A stretch of 64,000 bases of DNA from Entomortierella parvispora E1425 (lineage: Eukaryota > Fungi > Mortierellomycota): assembly GCA_020891255.1 (NCBI GenBank), contig BQFW01000004.1, forward strand, positions 1,984,001-2,048,000, given 5' to 3'. Within the stretch, counting starts at the first letter, position 1. Each line of letters opens with the position of its first letter. This document shows, one piece after another, positions 61,508-64,000 of the stretch. The translations under genes were made by a program, and so were the position numbers. Below the pieces are notes generated by a model. It saw only the letters and a program-made list of their open reading frames with translations. It did no database searches and was not told where the DNA came from.

Positions 61508-64000
61508 TTACAATCGTGAACCTTTGCTCAGTTCGTCAATACTTGGCTGCCGAGCTGATGTCCTCGTTCCGCTCTCCAGCAAAGTCAGCGCTTGCAGCGA
61601 TTCCTGGCGTAGACTATTTCCTTGACTCCCGCGTCTCGAAGAGCCCGAGACAAAAGAAGAGGCGGTGGAGGAATTGGGCGATGTGGCCGAACTCGAGTCA
61701 CTGCGTCTATAGCGTCCATTACCATGGTAACTTGAACTACGGTTCCTGCCCTGGAGAGGGCTCACTATATTCTCGTTCAAGAAGCTGCCTGTGGGATCCG
61801 CCATGGCCATCGAAAGTGCATCGACCTCGGACCATCCCGCCGCCACGGCCGTTGCAGCCGTGCTCAGCACCGCTGCTGAGGGGATCTCGGTCGAGGACTG
61901 GGACGTCGATGGTCTCGAGGAGGAAGTAGAGTCGCCTGAATAGCCGCGTCGTGGGATCGCTGCGGCCGCAGAGCGTTGAAGATTAGAAGAGGGAGCCAAG
62001 GAAGGTCGGTGGTAACGTCTTCGGCCGCCAGAGCCACCTCCGAACCCAAATTCGGGGTCATAGAGGTCTTCGTCATCATCTTCATCAGGTGCGGCATCGT
62101 TCATCGGGGCTGCACCAGATATCGGGGCTTGGGTGATGGAGAACTCTTGAGCGACAGTCTCTGGAGTGAACTGACTAGAAGAGCATGGGGTTATCGATGG
62201 TGTTGTCACTGTTGACGCGGTCGAGAACTGTTGTGGAGCCACTGTCCGCAATGGTGGCTGCTGCTGCGGGCTGGTGGGTACGTATGTTGGTGTTGTTGTG
62301 GTTTGTTGTTCGTTCCTAGTATCAAAGAGAGGATGGACTCGTTGTTCTTGCAGCTCAGGTGTTGATTGTACGGACATCGTATCGGGTGTTGATCGTGTGT
62401 GCATCGTCTCGAGTGTCGATTGTCTTGACATTGTCAATGCTGAACTGACAGCGCGCTTTGGCTGGCACTCTGGCGGCCGGGGTCGTTGTCGTTGTCGTCG
62501 TCGTTGTTGGCCTCGAACGCTGTCGGCTTCAGGAGTCACGGCCCTCGGTTCTTGGCCCATCTCTGCTTTCAACACCTCTGTAGTGATGGGGAGGTGGGTA
62601 TCGATCTTGTCTGGCCTACAGGCATGCCAGATCCGGTGTTGAACCGACCTGTTGAATAAGGATCCATTTTCATAGGAGGACGTCCACGAAGGTTCTGAGG
62701 GGTTAAGGGCCGTTGGAAATCCTCCACCAAGAAGACTGTTGTTACTCACTCCAGGGTGAATACCGCTGTTGTTGACGTTCTGAAGGAAAGAGGACGGATA
62801 GTGGACCACGGGCGGATTGGTCGCAAATGAACCAGGCGATTCATTGGCGTAGGATGAGTAAGAGGCTGGGTCGCCGTGTTCCCCGACGGAAAACAGAGCC
62901 CTCCACCCGTCCAGATTCTCTTGGGTGGAAAAACGGATCAGCAGGGTTCCAGAGTCAACTGTCGTTATACGAAGAGTGGGGTCTTTGGCATCATGGATTT
63001 GATCCATAGTCAGCATCAGATAGCTTCTGGATCGACCGTTTGCGCTCTGCAATTGGGTTTCATTCAATGTATAAAAGTGAAAGTTCTGATTAGATGCAGG
63101 ACTTTCGCTTTTTGCTACCCCCCCCCCCCCGAAAAAAAAAACCATGTCTTTGTCACTTACATCCACAGCCAAGAAAGAATGAACTTCTGGGGTGACGATC
63201 AACGTCGCCATTGACCAATGAGAGAAGAATCCAGTCATCCAGGTTCCTTCGCATCGAATCGGAAGTAGAAACTACATATGAAAATGCTAGAGTGAGCACG
63301 CCAGGATCTAGAAGGATCACTGAAAATCAAGCAATGAGGCAAACAGTCAGAGGAGGCACTTACGCAATATGATTCCAACTATCAATATGAAAACATATAT
63401 GAATATGTTAGTGTCTCTTTTTTCTATAGAAACGGACGACATTGTCCAAGAATCATTCCAAATGCTTGTTTACCACTTTGGACGCCCCGGCTCGAGGGGG
63501 TTTTGAAGGCAAGGAGCCATGCGGTGCTTCTGTATGCTGCTCGAGAGAACCATTCATCTGAATAGTCGAAAACCCCTTTCCTCTTTCACGGATGGTCTCC
63601 TCTTGTTCCCTTCGAGGCGAAATATGTGATGGTGGATTCTCCAAAATTGCTCCGCTTCCACCGATAGTACCATCGATCGAGTTCTTATGGAATGCACTCC
63701 ACATCGGAGAAAGAATGGGTTTTTGCAGATCACCCTTTTGTGGCAGTCGAGCATTCATCCATGTCCGCAACGGGTTCGTGCCATCAGAAAGGTCAGGTTC
63801 TGTTTGGGATGGTGGGCTGGCGACACGATGAAAGTGTGGTCTTGTGGGCGGGGAGGGGGTTGCGGTCACGCTATCTGGATTTGTGCGTACCTTCTCCAAG
63901 TCTAACGTTGAAAAAGTCGACGTCATATTGGAGCCAAGGTGGTTGGCTCCAGGAAGTGGAACTCGCGGCGGTGGGGACAGTGGGTGCTCAGGAGCTGGGA
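61508..64000 (-). CDS. Hypothetical protein with a PH-like module and a long Ser/Thr/Gln-rich disordered tail, probably 5'-partial
   Basis: The frame is open to the window edge. The PH-like segment is GFFSHWSMATLIV...NFHFYTL...LLIRFSTQENLDGWRALF. The upstream exon phases are not resolved. Confidence 0.55.

Noticed and set aside
63118-63141. C13/A-run homopolymers (G-run on the minus strand) as a G-quadruplex or frameshift site
   Set aside because: They lie inside a predicted intron (GTAAGT...CTAATCAG) and are ordinary homopolymer tracts

Overview
Intron-rich fungal genomic DNA. A Mucoromycota, Mortierellaceae-like origin is inferred from gene structure, F-box style and gene content. The window holds about 15 protein-coding loci, two identical tRNA-Ala(AGC) genes and one frameshifted F-box relic. 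I saw no transposase, reverse transcriptase, CRISPR array or rRNA. Gene order: DOP1 (5'-partial, +), casein kinase I (+), F-box relic (-), APC/UGA4-type amino-acid permease with a ~800-aa C-terminal tail (-), NoxR (-), Hst2/SIRT2-type sirtuin (-), small CxxC-H-H motif protein (-), HP1/Swi6 (-), DUF938/METTL26 (+), ~8 kb non-coding stretch, CBM21 PP1-targeting subunit (+), tRNA-Ala, orphan gene (-), NUDCD1 (+), F-box/LRR (+), VIP1 (-), tRNA-Ala, BET/Bdf1 (+), Spc7/KNL1 (+), PH-like protein (-, probably 5'-partial). Four observations stand out. (1) The permease runs in frame into a huge disordered tail carrying a twice-repeated motif conserved at protein but not DNA level, like a Snf3/Rgt2-type transceptor, and lies tail-to-tail with a CK1 gene with an F-box relic between them. 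(2) The fungal BET protein has a C-terminal domain resembling the BRD4-long P-TEFb-binding region, plus a plausible route to a short isoform. (3) A ~325-bp direct repeat consisting of tRNA-Ala plus a palindrome-dense upstream flank brackets an 11-kb block. (4) E2F-, MCB- and SCB-like sites cluster upstream of Spc7. Exon joins were worked out by hand from splice consensus and reading frame, family calls come from recalled motifs, and no database search was run.
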